DNA from: a phage
Length of the DNA stretch: 64,000 bases
Reading direction: 5' to 3' (one strand)
Assembly: GCA_020773975.1 (NCBI GenBank)
Contig: GCA_020773975.1_3638.1
This document shows, piece after piece, positions 9,645 through 20,644 of this stretch. Made by a program: the position numbers and the translations under genes. Every line of letters starts with the position of its first letter. Position 1 is the stretch's first letter. The notes under the pieces were generated by a model. The model was not told the origin of the DNA and did no database searches. It worked only from the letters and a program-made list of their open reading frames with translations.

Positions 9645-12056
9645 ATGGTAGTAGATAACCCTCCTGACACCTTGGTCGTACCATCCCCATTTCACCAATT
9701 CCCAATGGAACAGGACTCCCATGAGGTCAAACAATGAAGCACCACCGTTTTGTTGGTAAGCATTCAGCAGAGAATGTTTAGAACGAGTCCAAATTTTACG
9801 CCCGTCCATGCCTGGAATATAGCGTCTCCCATTTGCCTCCCAGAATTTTTCCAACCACTCCCTACGCATTTTCAACCCGAAGTTACTATCCCAGAATGCA
9901 TCTATTACAGCCTGTGCTCTATTAAGGGGGATACCCAGCATTGCGGCTATCTTAGGAGCTTGTGCTCCATACATAATTCCATACGTAACCCCCTTTCCTC
10001 CAGAGCGTGTTACCTCCTTTCCTGCTGCTATTGTGTATGCTCTTGCGTTTCGTTCATGGGCATCCTCTTCCATCATGATACGTAAATACTCACCACCATC
10101 AAACTCAAAAGCCCCTGCCGCTGCAATCATACCTTCTAAGTTAGATCCATCACAACCCATCAGGTAGTAGCCTTCAGGGACTGTCCAAAGACCCCGCATT
10201 TCTTTTCCCAACAAAACCTTCGGATCAGGCTTGGGCATGTTTGCGCAAACAGTATGCTTGCACCTGCCCGTGTTAGTGATTCCAGAAAAACGTGCTGGAA
10301 GTTTTCCGTCAATGTCTAAACGAGGGTGATTTAATAACCCTGTATCCGTCTTATCCTCATCCATTGGGTCTAAAACAGATCGCCTGTTACGAAGTGATAG
10401 CCACTTAACAATCTGTTTTGCCATATGCACATCAATTTTCTCCAAATTTGGACACAGATGCCCAAAATTATCTTTTAATTGAGGAGATGTCGGTAACTGG
10501 CGTGCTTTACGCCGAAATTTCTTAAATATCTCTGAATAACCCCTTTCAGATGCATGGCGATGGTCAAACTTACGCTCTGAAATGTTGAATTTCTCATCTG
10601 AATCATTAAGGTAGTCAAGAATAAGAGATTTATACTCAGACTCTGCCAACTCTTCTATGTACTTCTTAACTAGTACATCAATTTCAGAATCTTCACGAGT
10701 CTTTTTAAATTGATCCTTAGTAACATCTTTTACGCGCCACAGTGTAGGTTTCCAACCAGCATCTTTGATCAAATATTTTTTAATATCATCCTGATTAGAG
10801 ATTTTCATTGGAACCATTAAATCTGGCATTTTTCTGTTTCGAAGGTCTTCTTTAGCCTTCTCTAGAAGATCCGGCGGTAAAGGTTCGAGTGTGTTCTCTT
10901 TGGTTCGCTGGGAACGAATGAAATCACCGTATAAAGCCGGATCTTCAATGCCATTCTGGATGCAATATCTCTCCCCTGCTGCACTTACATCCCCATTGCT
11001 CTTAAAAGCTGTTTTTGGTGGAGCTTTAAACTCCAGAGCTTCCCTGTTAACAGGATAGCCAAGTTTATATTCCAACCAATTCCACCCATGATGAGATATA
11101 TTACCCGCTGTGTCAAAAGGGTTAGCTGGGAATTTTGGTTGTTGAGATTTCGTCATCTCTTTTTTTGGAAGAAGTGGTTCTACCTCTTCTTCAATTTCTC
11201 GCATCATCTTATCTATGCGATCTCTTAATTTTTCTGCCTCCTCCCGATTAAAGTATACGCCTTGTATTTCTTGCTCTATCATCAAATAGTCTGTGAGCAT
11301 TCTCCTACGTAATGCATTTTTCCAATTAATCTGGTGCATCCCGTGAGGTTTATCAGTGTACATAAACTGCTTGTCATCAGGCCATCGCGTACCATTTGAC
11401 TCATCAATAAGAGCTTTCCACACAAGTTCGTTAATGATAACGTCTTCCCACACACGGTTTACATATTCCCACAATGGCTGATTACGCCAATCATCAATCT
11501 GCACTTTCTTGTTTGCTACACGATAACCCCATGCCAATAAGCCGTGTGGCCCAACCCTGTCACGTTTTCCTGTTACAGGGTTCAATACAGAATCTGGGCA
11601 GCCATTAGGCAATGGGCGATCTGGGTAAAGAACACGACTCATTGAAAGAGTGTCGTAAAGATTTACCTGTTTATTACCTATCGTCCCCATACATTTTAGG
11701 TCTTTGAACATGTCATATTCAATCCCAGAAAGTTTTTTCCACAGACGTAAATCATAGCCGAACAGGTTATGTATTGCTATCCCTCTTGGCTCGGTCTGCA
11801 ACCAAGAGTAAAAATCATCATAAGAAAGGATACGTAAATTAACACCTTCTTTGCTGCGTGCAAAATTAACTGCACTCTGGTATTCCTTGTGAGCAGGATC
11901 GAGAAACAACACCCAGTTATTTACAGCATATTCTTTAAAAAGTGTGCAGTGATATTTAGTTGCCTCTTCTAATAATCCGTCAGCTTCGTTATCTCCGACA
12001 AAAAGCCCTTTCATACTCCTCCTATTCAAGATGGGCTTGACTGTATCGTCGCCCAT
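9645..12056 (-). CDS. DNA polymerase, family A (T7 gp5-like), 5' exon
   Basis: N-terminal 3'-5' exo motif LFVGDNEADGLLEEATKYHC (T7 MIVSDIEANALLESVTKFHC as recalled); motif A GCDGSNLEGM; motif B RSGGKGVTYGIMYGA; ORF stops 2 codons after the expected motif-C His. Confidence 0.85.
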
Positions 12057-12209
12057 CTCTTAGTTGGTTATAGATTATGTGGAAAACTACCTATTTTTGA
12101 TTTATGTTTCTTTGCCAAAGGGCTTCTCTTGGCGGGAATGTACCCCTCAAGCCCCTTGGCAACACGAATAGCTAACTCATCATATTTTACATGTATCCTC
12201 TTTTTTCTC

Positions 12210-15182
12210 TCAAAATGGAGAATCGCTATCTAAATCTTCAGGTTGCTCAATCACAACAGCAGGTTCTTGTTGAGGAACAGAAACAGCAATTTTCCCCACA
12301 GGTGTTTCAAGTTCCAGACTTTGAATCATTGATTTAGGTCTTAGCATTACCTCCCCGTTGAGTTTAAACATATTGTCTTCCCACACCCATCCTGACGCAT
12401 CAGAAAACTGACCATTATCATCCATAATCAGGGTATCCGCTATGCCTAATTTTTTGTGTGGACGGTTTTTCAAAACAACACTACGAATACGCCCACGAGA
12501 TCGGTCAGGGAGTTCTTCAGGCTCGACACCTAAGACAACCCACGATAACTGTTCGAGTGCTGCACTATTTCCTGTGACAAAAATATGTCCGTTGCGGCGT
12601 GCCACCCACATACCGGATGGTAATGTAAAGCAATACTTGCGACCATCTGGGGAAGGTACACGTTTAATAGAAGATTTATTTTTCCCTCCTTTACGTATAT
12701 GCATATACTTTGTGGCACAAACTCTTACTACATACAGAGGTTTGTGATCATATTTACCATCAAACGCACCATTGCCATTTTTTACAACAGACACAGACGT
12801 TCTATGCCCACAAGCACTGTAAGCAAATTGTAGGAAATCTGCCTCAAATTTGTTAATGGTTGATACCCTGTTTCTGTTTACAGAATCACCATCCCAATAC
12901 ATGACTTCATCACAGATAATCTCCAACTCGTGCTGTTTAAGATTAAACCATTCCTTTGTCACCCCTTTATACCCACAAGGGGCTTTAAATTGGTACTCTG
13001 TTCTGCCTTCATGCTTCCCGTGCAAATCAAAACTCTTGTAAGGAGTGTTCGTCTTCTTCAGTAGCATCTCAAGGCGTTGTTTCTTACGTTCTTTTTTGAT
13101 GCGTACAGCTACCCTTCCCGTTGATTCAGTAAGAACCGTCCCATCAGCATTTACAGCTATCTGTAAACGTAGTTGATCATCAGTTAACCCTAATGAACCA
13201 TCACATCCAGTGGTGAATGTAGTAGGTATTTTACCACGCATACCTGATCGTTTATTGGTATGGTCATGAACAACCTCCTGCATAGTTTTCATACGAAAAA
13301 TATCAGGCGTTCGATCGTTTACATACACAACACGATGTTCATCGCTCAACATCATGTCTACAACATGGCTATTAGAAAGATGCCACATTTCATTACAAGG
13401 TAGATTAATGTACGCCTCGGGATTTACGAAGGTCATTACACCATTTTTATCGTGTTGTGCAACCAAATCTCCTTCTACGTATTCATCAATACGTTTCCAG
13501 CCTTGCGGGGTTAAGAACTCTGTGCTTGCATCAACACAACCACGGAGATCCTCTTTCCGCACAGGATACCAAAACGGTAACAAATTACCTTCTTTATCTT
13601 TCGGAATTTGTATATCAACACGCTTCATATGACTGATACTGAGGATAAACACGTCATATTTTTTGCAGAAGGCAGCCAATTCCGTCATGATGTTATCTAA
13701 ATCTCTTCGCTCGTTATCGGATTTTAATCCTGATATCACCATCGATAAGTGATCTAAGATAATCCATCTACACCCATCAAGGAAAACCATCTGTTTCAAT
13801 TTTTGTAGTAATTGGTCAGTTGGTATTGAACCAAAGTGATCGAAAATTTTAACCTTATCTTCGGCAATCCATCGTTGGTGTATAGCTAAGTGCTGCTCAT
13901 CGGTAAGGAATTGTTCTGGGTCTGCAACAAATGCTTTCGGGTCAATCTTTAGCTCCTCAGCATATAAACTGTTTACAGACTCCTCCTCATCCTCCTCTAG
14001 ACGAATAATTGCAATTTTCTCGTTCTCTTTCCAACCGTCTAATCGGGGAATATCCATGTTACGGAGGTACTCGATAATTGCATACTCAATCTTTCTTGAG
14101 AAAGTTGATTTCCCAGCTCCAGATGGGCCTGTCAGTGTCCACAATTCTCCTGTTCGTGGGCCTCTTGTTAGTTCATACAAACGAGGAAAGCACGGCAACG
14201 GAACGCCATCTTTTTTCTTTTTACGGAGATTTTCAATAGATATTCTCTCCAACCCAATCAATTTGTCTGGAACATATTTATCCTGCGCTTTAGCAAACAT
14301 ATTCCAGATATCCATCCATTTACCTTTTTTGTAAATATCCCGGATATCTTTAACACCATTTGGGTCATTGCGCTCATTTGGGTATCGTGCAACATAGATG
14401 TTGTCAGACAGTAAAAAACCTGCGACATCATCTGTGGCTTCCTTACCTTTCTTAATTCTGTGTTCTTTTTCCCTTGCTGTGGCTTCATCATTGTCTAAGC
14501 CAAGGACAATCTTTTCATATTCCCTGATAAACTTTTCGTTGTGGGCGAATGTATCCACAGCATTGGCTGTACCACAGTTCAACCCGATAAAAGGTAATGT
14601 CGGGCAATTAGAAACCTCTTCCCCATCCTGAATTGCTTTGATGCCTTTTAAAGCATTGTTTGCCCACTCACGTACTGAACGTGACGTGTTAGGATTGCTA
14701 TGAAGGAATTTAATATACTCAAACCCAGCTTGCCAGCCAGCCGTTACATCACCTTCCCCCTCAACAATAAAGATCTGTTTTTTACCAGATCCCATAGAGG
14801 CCTCATGTTGACCAAAAAATTGAGAGGAAGCCTTTACTGTGCCAACAACAGAGAAATGCCCCTTTTTCTCTTTCGGAACAGTCCAGTCTCGTTTTTTGTA
14901 CCCTGTCAATTTCCCATATTTGTCATAATATGGAAGATATGTTGCCACCACTGTAGTACCGTCTTTCAAATCTGTTGCAGATCTGATCTTGAAGTACTTA
15001 GCTGCATCTAAACTAATATCCATTTGGGGGACAGCCAAGATCCTTGTACTATCTAGGACAGACTCTACAGTTTCTTCTTCTTTTTTCTGATAATTCACTT
15101 TACCACCACTTTTTGTAGGTCGGAATGCTTTTGGGTTCTCACCTTCAAAGTATGCACCAGCCCCCCATTTTGTCATCTTCAT
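12210..15182 (-). CDS. bifunctional primase-helicase (T7 gp4-like) containing an intein
   Basis: Toprim motifs IFIVEGEGD and GLDNDEA; Walker A GPSGAGKST; helicase motif H4 split as DLRG|intein|SAALEQLSWVVLG (T7 gp4 LRGSGALRQLSDTIIAL as recalled); acidic C-terminal tail ending in F. Confidence 0.85.
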   Translation of the reverse strand: MKMTKWGAGAYFEGENPKAFRPTKSGGKVNYQKKEEETVESVLDSTRILAVPQMDISLDAAKYFKIRSATDLKDGTTVVATYLPYYDKYGKLTGYKKRDWTVPKEKKGHFSVVGTVKASSQFFGQHEASMGSGKKQIFIVEGEGDVTAGWQAGFEYIKFLHSNPNTSRSVREWANNALKGIKAIQDGEEVSNCPTLPFIGLNCGTANAVDTFAHNEKFIREYEKIVLGLDNDEATAREKEHRIKKGKEATDDVAGFLLSDNIYVARYPNERNDPNGVKDIRDIYKKGKWMDIWNMFAKAQDKYVPDKLIGLERISIENLRKKKKDGVPLPCFPRLYELTRGPRTGELWTLTGPSGAGKSTFSRKIEYAIIEYLRNMDIPRLDGWKENEKIAIIRLEEDEEESVNSLYAEELKIDPKAFVADPEQFLTDEQHLAIHQRWIAEDKVKIFDHFGSIPTDQLLQKLKQMVFLDGCRWIILDHLSMVISGLKSDNERRDLDNIMTELAAFCKKYDVFILSISHMKRVDIQIPKDKEGNLLPFWYPVRKEDLRGCVDASTEFLTPQGWKRIDEYVEGDLVAQHDKNGVMTFVNPEAYINLPCNEMWHLSNSHVVDMMLSDEHRVVYVNDRTPDIFRMKTMQEVVHDHTNKRSGMRGKIPTTFTTGCDGSLGLTDDQLRLQIAVNADGTVLTESTGRVAVRIKKERKKQRLEMLLKKTNTPYKSFDLHGKHEGRTEYQFKAPCGYKGVTKEWFNLKQHELEIICDEVMYWDGDSVNRNRVSTINKFEADFLQFAYSACGHRTSVSVVKNGNGAFDGKYDHKPLYVVRVCATKYMHIRKGGKNKSSIKRVPSPDGRKYCFTLPSGMWVARRNGHIFVTGNSAALEQLSWVVLGVEPEELPDRSRGRIRSVVLKNRPHKKLGIADTLIMDDNGQFSDASGWVWEDNMFKLNGEVMLRPKSMIQSLELETPVGKIAVSVPQQEPAVVIEQPEDLDSDSPF
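12567..13538 (-). mobile_element. intein (324 aa) inserted in helicase motif H4, probably with a LAGLIDADG-like endonuclease domain
   Basis: Starts CVDASTEF (block A), ends ...NGHIFVTGN with +1 Ser; flanking extein sequence reconstitutes DLRGSAALEQ; internal IAVNADGTV and MYWDGDSV resemble LAGLIDADG motifs. Confidence 0.6.
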
Positions 15183-15333
15183 CTCTTCTCCTTAGAAGGG
15201 TTTGCTAACTACAGCCATATACCAGCCATTACACACAGATATACCACCTGAAATACAGTAACCTTTTCTAAACCAAGTGTTTAGCTTTAATTCTAATTCT
15301 GAAATACTAGTTCCTGTGAGAATCTTGACATTT

Positions 15334-16056
15334 TTATCCACCAGCCCTCCTAAAATCATTATATAGGAATACAGCTTTGGCAAATCCTCTTGGGGTTAAC
15401 GATCTTATAACCTTTGTCTTTTTTGATTTACCACCCAATTTTAGGTGCTGCTCAGAATACCCGCTTACCACGGGAACAGGTAATTTCTCAGGCATCCTAA
15501 AACCATTGCCTGTCCACAAACAAGTCCTCTTAGGGTAGGCATCTCTGGGTTTTATGTATTCTGGAAAAAACGGATGAACATCATTCTCTGATAGATACCC
15601 GCCGTACTCATAAGGATGAAATGAATGATCTGGTTTACGCCACAGAGAAGATAGAACACTAACAGGATTTTCTATCATGTAAGGGCAGTCGTATTCATCT
15701 GCCAACCTTGCTGCCACCTTTGCTGTATTTACAGCCTTTATCTGGAATAAAGGGTCTTTTGCAGCTTTTCTTGCGAAATGCGCTGCACCACTAACAGCCA
15801 TGTCAGTACATGGTGGAGATGCGAATATAATACTTGGCTTACAGATCCCTATCTCTGTTGGGTTAAACTGGTCATCTATCCAAACATTAATGTATTCTAT
15901 ATTTTTATGTTTTACTCGGATACTTTCATAACCGCCGTGATCAGCGCCATCATAGTTAAGGCATATTACTTTGTACCCATTCTTTGCCCACTCATAACCC
16001 ATGATGCCTGATCCGTCAAACATGTACAAAACCGTATCACTCAATACACCTCCCAT
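15334..16056 (-). CDS. DNA (cytosine-5)-methyltransferase-like protein
   Basis: Motif I MFDGSGIMG (FxGxG), motif IV ASPPCTD (PC), motif VI MIENPV (ENV); compact 240 aa; 3' end overlaps a 63-aa ORF (15192-15383) so a C-terminal frameshift is possible. Confidence 0.5.
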   Translation of the reverse strand: MGGVLSDTVLYMFDGSGIMGYEWAKNGYKVICLNYDGADHGGYESIRVKHKNIEYINVWIDDQFNPTEIGICKPSIIFASPPCTDMAVSGAAHFARKAAKDPLFQIKAVNTAKVAARLADEYDCPYMIENPVSVLSSLWRKPDHSFHPYEYGGYLSENDVHPFFPEYIKPRDAYPKRTCLWTGNGFRMPEKLPVPVVSGYSEQHLKLGGKSKKTKVIRSLTPRGFAKAVFLYNDFRRAGG

Positions 16057-16102
16057 ACCAGAAAACAGGCCCGTAATGTGGGCCTTTTGAGTACACTAGA
16101 AA

Positions 16103-16324
16103 TCAATGCAATGCTGTATGGACAGGAGTTCCATCTGCACCGTATGGAATGTCTTGCACTTGGGAATGCTTTCTCACTAAAGTATACACCAGCCAACCTT
16201 CAGCTTCATGCTGTCCTGCAATGTCATAGCCATCATCAAGAAGTTCAGCCAGTTTGCTCTCTACTTCTTCTCTTTTTGTTTTGCTAATTTTGAACTCAAT
16301 GAGTTTAACAGTGTTTTTAACCAT
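16103..16324 (-). CDS. hypothetical protein
   Basis: ORF-track ORF in co-directional array. Confidence 0.4.
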   Translation of the reverse strand: MVKNTVKLIEFKISKTKREEVESKLAELLDDGYDIAGQHEAEGWLVYTLVRKHSQVQDIPYGADGTPVHTALH

Positions 16325-16328
16325 AATT

Positions 16329-16613
16329 CTAGAAACCTTCTTCTCTATTGTAACACCCGTTTATCTCTAGATCTCTTAGGTATTCTCTTAAATGATGGTA
16401 TAGCACATCATCTGGAATGTCAAGATAGATTTGCTTACCGTTTTTGAATACAGCGCAATATTCCAGTTCCTGAAAACCGTTGTAATCCCAGTCGCTTTCT
16501 TTACTGAAGAAGTCAGGTTTTTGAACAGAAAATAGAGCTTCGACAACCACCAATCCGCAATCCTCATGGTCGTATTCGAACTCAATGTCTACCATAGGGG
16601 ATTTGCTATTCAT
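16329..16613 (-). CDS. hypothetical protein
   Basis: ORF-track ORF in co-directional array. Confidence 0.45.
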   Translation of the reverse strand: MNSKSPMVDIEFEYDHEDCGLVVVEALFSVQKPDFFSKESDWDYNGFQELEYCAVFKNGKQIYLDIPDDVLYHHLREYLRDLEINGCYNREEGF

Positions 16614-17080
16614 ACTCCCCCCAACTCTTGTTTTAACTCAATATTTTCTTTTAACAGGGCATCCACAAAAGCTAATATGTGAACAAGAGAACTATGACAA
16701 CCATTAGCATATAGTTCGGCTTCTACACGCTTTTTCAATTCTGCGCCATAGCCGCCTAAGTTGTCGAGATGCTCTTTAATTTTATCATAAGCATCTCGTT
16801 TTCCTCTTAGCTCATTAATAATGTACAGAACATTATCTGGGCTTGCGGTGGCAATGTAACTGGCATCGTAGTCATTTTGCCAGTGAGATAAATTCCCGGT
16901 TCCCTCATGTCTCTTTGCCGGACCCATTTTAGGATCTGTGATGAAAACAGTTTCTATTTTATTATCATTTTGGAATGATACCATTGCATGTCCATGGCTA
17001 TCTATCCACCAGTGCCCTCTGGTGGCTTTCTTTGCCAGTTTCTCAATATCTCCGATTAAGATATCAGCTTTTGTCTGCAT
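16610..17080 (-). CDS. hypothetical protein
   Basis: 156 aa; overlapping stop/start with neighbours. Confidence 0.5.
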   Translation of the reverse strand: MQTKADILIGDIEKLAKKATRGHWWIDSHGHAMVSFQNDNKIETVFITDPKMGPAKRHEGTGNLSHWQNDYDASYIATASPDNVLYIINELRGKRDAYDKIKEHLDNLGGYGAELKKRVEAELYANGCHSSLVHILAFVDALLKENIELKQELGGV

Positions 17081-17390
17081 TGATATCCTCCTTCTTCAAG
17101 ACTAAACTTGCTCTTGAGATCTCAGAAGAAACATACTCTATGTGACTAATCACATATGTCGTTACTTCGCTTCCATCGCCAAAAATATTATCAAGATCTA
17201 CGATAACAAGATCACCATTCTCCGGTTTTTCTACATCCTCGGATAAGATGATAACAGCTTCTGCAACCTCACCAGATTGGTTGAGACGCAGTGTAATATC
17301 GTGACCATTACCCCTATACTTAGTAAAATCAAAAACTTTTTCTGCTTTTTGGTGTGGTGGGAAAAACCACTTAAAGAGCTTCTTCAACAT
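17064..17390 (-). CDS. hypothetical protein
   Basis: ORF-track ORF in co-directional array. Confidence 0.45.
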   Translation of the reverse strand: MLKKLFKWFFPPHQKAEKVFDFTKYRGNGHDITLRLNQSGEVAEAVIILSEDVEKPENGDLVIVDLDNIFGDGSEVTTYVISHIEYVSSEISRASLVLKKEDINADKS

Positions 17391-17545
17391 TCATTCGCTC
17401 CTTAATTTCATTTAGGATGTCTTCGTATCGCTGCCACGACTCTTCGGCAGACAACTTTGCTTCAAGAAAGTTGTCTCGTGCAACATCTCGTAATTTCAAC
17501 AATTTCTCAGTTGAAACTTGACTCAAATCTGTAAAGTCTTCGACT

Positions 17546-17917
17546 TTAAACATCTTTATTTTCCTTAAAGTAGTTAAACAGATCAGTGATCTTCTCTTCC
17601 ACACCTTTATAGAAGAGATACTTTGTGTCTGCCATACGAGAATTATATGCGTCTTGGCCTTTTTCTTGTAACCAAAAGAACGCCTGTGCAAACTCACCCT
17701 CTCTAAGGGTAGGGTCATATTCAAACCCTATTCGTTTACATGCTTGCAAACACTGAAAGATAAGAACATCCAATGAGTTTATTACATGTGCAGCTATCTC
17801 AACATCCCTTGCCATACGATGCTCTCCTTTTGCAGAGAGTTCTTTAGAAATCTCTATGAGTCTGCTGTAATTCTCTTCTGCCGCTGTCTTTGCTCTTTTG
17901 CTTGTAGATGTGCTCAT
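17546..17917 (-). CDS. hypothetical protein
   Basis: 123 aa; the overlapping ORF 17371-17724 most likely starts at an internal Met (MFKVEDF...) just downstream. Confidence 0.45.
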   Translation of the reverse strand: MSTSTSKRAKTAAEENYSRLIEISKELSAKGEHRMARDVEIAAHVINSLDVLIFQCLQACKRIGFEYDPTLREGEFAQAFFWLQEKGQDAYNSRMADTKYLFYKGVEEKITDLFNYFKENKDV

Positions 17918-17919
17918 AA

Positions 17920-18345
17920 TCAGTCCTCGAACTTAATCCAACGCTTCTGGGATTTGATCTGCCCTCGTTCACCTTTACCTTTCAAACGCTGGACAGCCAC
18001 CTGTTGTACAATTTTACTCCGTAAAGCAAAGCTGATAGCGTCAGGAGCTAAAACACGAGCTTTACAAACACAATTATTATGAAGTGACACAGCATCTTCA
18101 AAAGACAGGTTTAAAGGGTGTTTTTCAGAACCCCAAACACGATAATATCCAAAACGACCATCCTTAACATCTGGGTAGTTAGGTAGTAAACGAGGTGCAT
18201 ATCCTAATGCAGCCATCATTTCATCAACCGATGCCATCTGGATATGTGTGGTGTCTTTACCATGATGAGATTCTTTATTATCCCACCAACCCTTTAATTC
18301 AGCTTTAAATTTCTTCAAAAGTTCACTTTTTGAATATGAGGTCAT
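17920..18345 (-). CDS. hypothetical protein
   Basis: ORF-track ORF in co-directional array. Confidence 0.5.
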   Translation of the reverse strand: MTSYSKSELLKKFKAELKGWWDNKESHHGKDTTHIQMASVDEMMAALGYAPRLLPNYPDVKDGRFGYYRVWGSEKHPLNLSFEDAVSLHNNCVCKARVLAPDAISFALRSKIVQQVAVQRLKGKGERGQIKSQKRWIKFED

Positions 18346-18355
18346 CAGCTATCTC

Positions 18356-19660
18356 CTACTTACCAGGGAAAGTCTCTTCATAAAACTTAACAAGACGTTG
18401 ATCAACGATAATATCTTTATCCCTGATCCTACGTAATAACCTTAATCCTTTTGCACTTGTTGCTCTGCTAAAAGCCACGTATGCCATGCCTGGTGCAAAA
18501 GTCCCATTGCCAAAGTCAACATTAACTTCCGGTAATGTTAATCCTTGTGCTTTGTGTATTGTAACAGCCCACCCAAGACGAATCGGCAAAGCCCTGTACT
18601 CACCAATGATAATCTTCTCAATTTCTTCAGTTATTGTACCATCTGGGTTTTTCACCTTTATGGGGTTATACTCAACATTTTCCCACACATAAGGTTCTAC
18701 GTCAACAATATCACCATTCTCAAGGCGGACTTTAACACTGTATTTACGTAGTTCAACAATCTCCCCACGGGAACCATTCACATAACTTGGTTCATCCAGA
18801 CCTCTGGGGTCATTGACAGTAATCATCACCTGCGCCCCCTCTTTCAGATATAACTCTTCAGGTACAGGTGTCTGGTTAAATTGCCCTGTCTTTTTTGCCT
18901 TGTAAACTGTTGGGATTCCAGGTATTGCATCAAAACGTTTTTTGTTTATTTTGTCTGCTGCCGCGTTTGTTGAGGTTATTGTTATAGCATCCAAGGGTTT
19001 TCCCATGTTGTAGCAATAAGTATTCATAAACTCAACAATCTCTGGAATACGCTCTCCCTTGCGAAGGCAATTAAGAAGTGTTGAAAAATGAACACTACTT
19101 TGCCTGTATATTTTATCAAGAAATACAGGATATGGGTTCAATTCTTTCCATGTTTTAGAAAAGCAACAAAGTTCTGTGTCGTGGAACTGGTAGTAGATCT
19201 CTTTTTCTTCACCTTTCAAAACAGGTGGATTCTGTAAGAAATCCCCGAACATGCACACCTGCAAACCACCGAAAGGCTCTTTAGGTTTTTTACGTGCCAG
19301 ACGACATTTCATGTCCATTTCCCAAAGTTTGTCTGCCCTGAACATACTTATCTCTTCAATAATAAGAATCTTCAGTGCTTTACTTTTAAGCAACTTCTTA
19401 GCCTTTGCCTTTATCTCTTCTGCATCTTTTTTAGTGGACACGCCTAATGAAAGTCCGAAAGCTCTGTGTGCCGTCATACCATCCACATTAATGGCAGCAG
19501 CCCCTGTAGGGGCCACTGTCAAGACTGAACCTGCGTATAAGGATTGGATAGTTTTTATGGTATGGCTCTTTCCAGCACCTGCATAACCACTGATAAACAC
19601 ATTTTCACCGGACATTATAGCGCCAAGAGCTTCTTCAACGCCAACCCCGTATTGAGACAT
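18356..19660 (-). CDS. SF1B DNA helicase (Dda/RecD/Pif1-like)
   Basis: Walker A GYAGAGKSHT; C-terminal motif AVTIHKAQGLTLPEV and YVAFSRA typical of Dda/RecD-type helicases. Confidence 0.8.
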   Translation of the reverse strand: MSQYGVGVEEALGAIMSGENVFISGYAGAGKSHTIKTIQSLYAGSVLTVAPTGAAAINVDGMTAHRAFGLSLGVSTKKDAEEIKAKAKKLLKSKALKILIIEEISMFRADKLWEMDMKCRLARKKPKEPFGGLQVCMFGDFLQNPPVLKGEEKEIYYQFHDTELCCFSKTWKELNPYPVFLDKIYRQSSVHFSTLLNCLRKGERIPEIVEFMNTYCYNMGKPLDAITITSTNAAADKINKKRFDAIPGIPTVYKAKKTGQFNQTPVPEELYLKEGAQVMITVNDPRGLDEPSYVNGSRGEIVELRKYSVKVRLENGDIVDVEPYVWENVEYNPIKVKNPDGTITEEIEKIIIGEYRALPIRLGWAVTIHKAQGLTLPEVNVDFGNGTFAPGMAYVAFSRATSAKGLRLLRRIRDKDIIVDQRLVKFYEETFPGK

Positions 19661-20634
19661 CAGTCCTCCTTAGATTCTTGTAGATAAATCTCTTCAAGAA
19701 TTTTACCCTGTACACCAATGACAATAATATCTGGTGCACCTGCTGGTTTTGGTGTTCCTGTCAGAACTTCATAACGACAGCAACGGCATTTTTTCTGGTT
19801 ATAGTCATAAGGGACACTGACAATATCTGCCGGATCCACAGATACTTCTACAAGTGCCCTTGAAGTCTTCTCAAAGGTAGCGGCATAGTCAATAGATGCA
19901 ACATGCAAACCTTGGCTACATGTTCTATTGGGATTATCCTCAACCATATTACGTGGCATGGAAATCACTTGCCCTTTATAATTAGGAACTTTACCTGTAT
20001 GACAATCTCGTGGGCCATCTACAGTTATCTTAATTTTCTTGTATGCCTTAATATTTCCGTTTTCAAGGATCTCAAGATCATTATGTTTTACAAAATCATA
20101 AAGCATTTTAACAGAAGCATACGACGGGTTGTGTAGCAACTTCTGCATGAATTTGACATATCGTTCGTCAAAGCAATCATTCTCAATATCTTTAATGATT
20201 CGTTTAGCAATACTGCTTTCCTGTTTTTGACCGTGCCAATATAAAACGTTATCTATCAATACTAAATTATCACCAAAATCAATGGTCTTTTTCTTTTCTG
20301 CTTCTTTCTCTTCCAAAATACGTTGTACAGCAGCATCTATTCCTCCTGTCCAAAGGATAACACCAACTTCTTTGAAGATGGGGCTGCTACTATTTAGAGT
20401 ATATTGTTCACCATTTAACAAAGTGATATGGATATTGTCTTGGGTAACAAGGACAATTGGTTGTGCAAGAGTATGCACTGGCTTCATAATACCTACAGGA
20501 TCTTCCTTAGCCTTTTTGGTTGTCGGCATTCCTTTTTTGGGTGCAACTGTCCAGCGTTTAAGAACATTTAGACCACGATCAACAACCACCATATTATTTT
20601 TCTTAGCGTATTCACGAGCTTCACGACGTGACAT
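19660..20634 (-). CDS. rIIB: rIIB-like protein
   Basis: C-terminal region PRNMVEDNPNRTCSQGLHVAS...VSVPYDYNQKKCRCCRYEV matches the T4 rIIB C-terminus as recalled; lies directly downstream of the rIIA-like gene; first in-frame ATG at 20634 (ORF-track start 20673 is TTG). Confidence 0.7.
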   Translation of the reverse strand: MSRREAREYAKKNNMVVVDRGLNVLKRWTVAPKKGMPTTKKAKEDPVGIMKPVHTLAQPIVLVTQDNIHITLLNGEQYTLNSSSPIFKEVGVILWTGGIDAAVQRILEEKEAEKKKTIDFGDNLVLIDNVLYWHGQKQESSIAKRIIKDIENDCFDERYVKFMQKLLHNPSYASVKMLYDFVKHNDLEILENGNIKAYKKIKITVDGPRDCHTGKVPNYKGQVISMPRNMVEDNPNRTCSQGLHVASIDYAATFEKTSRALVEVSVDPADIVSVPYDYNQKKCRCCRYEVLTGTPKPAGAPDIIVIGVQGKILEEIYLQESKED

Positions 20635-20644
20635 GAATAAAGGA

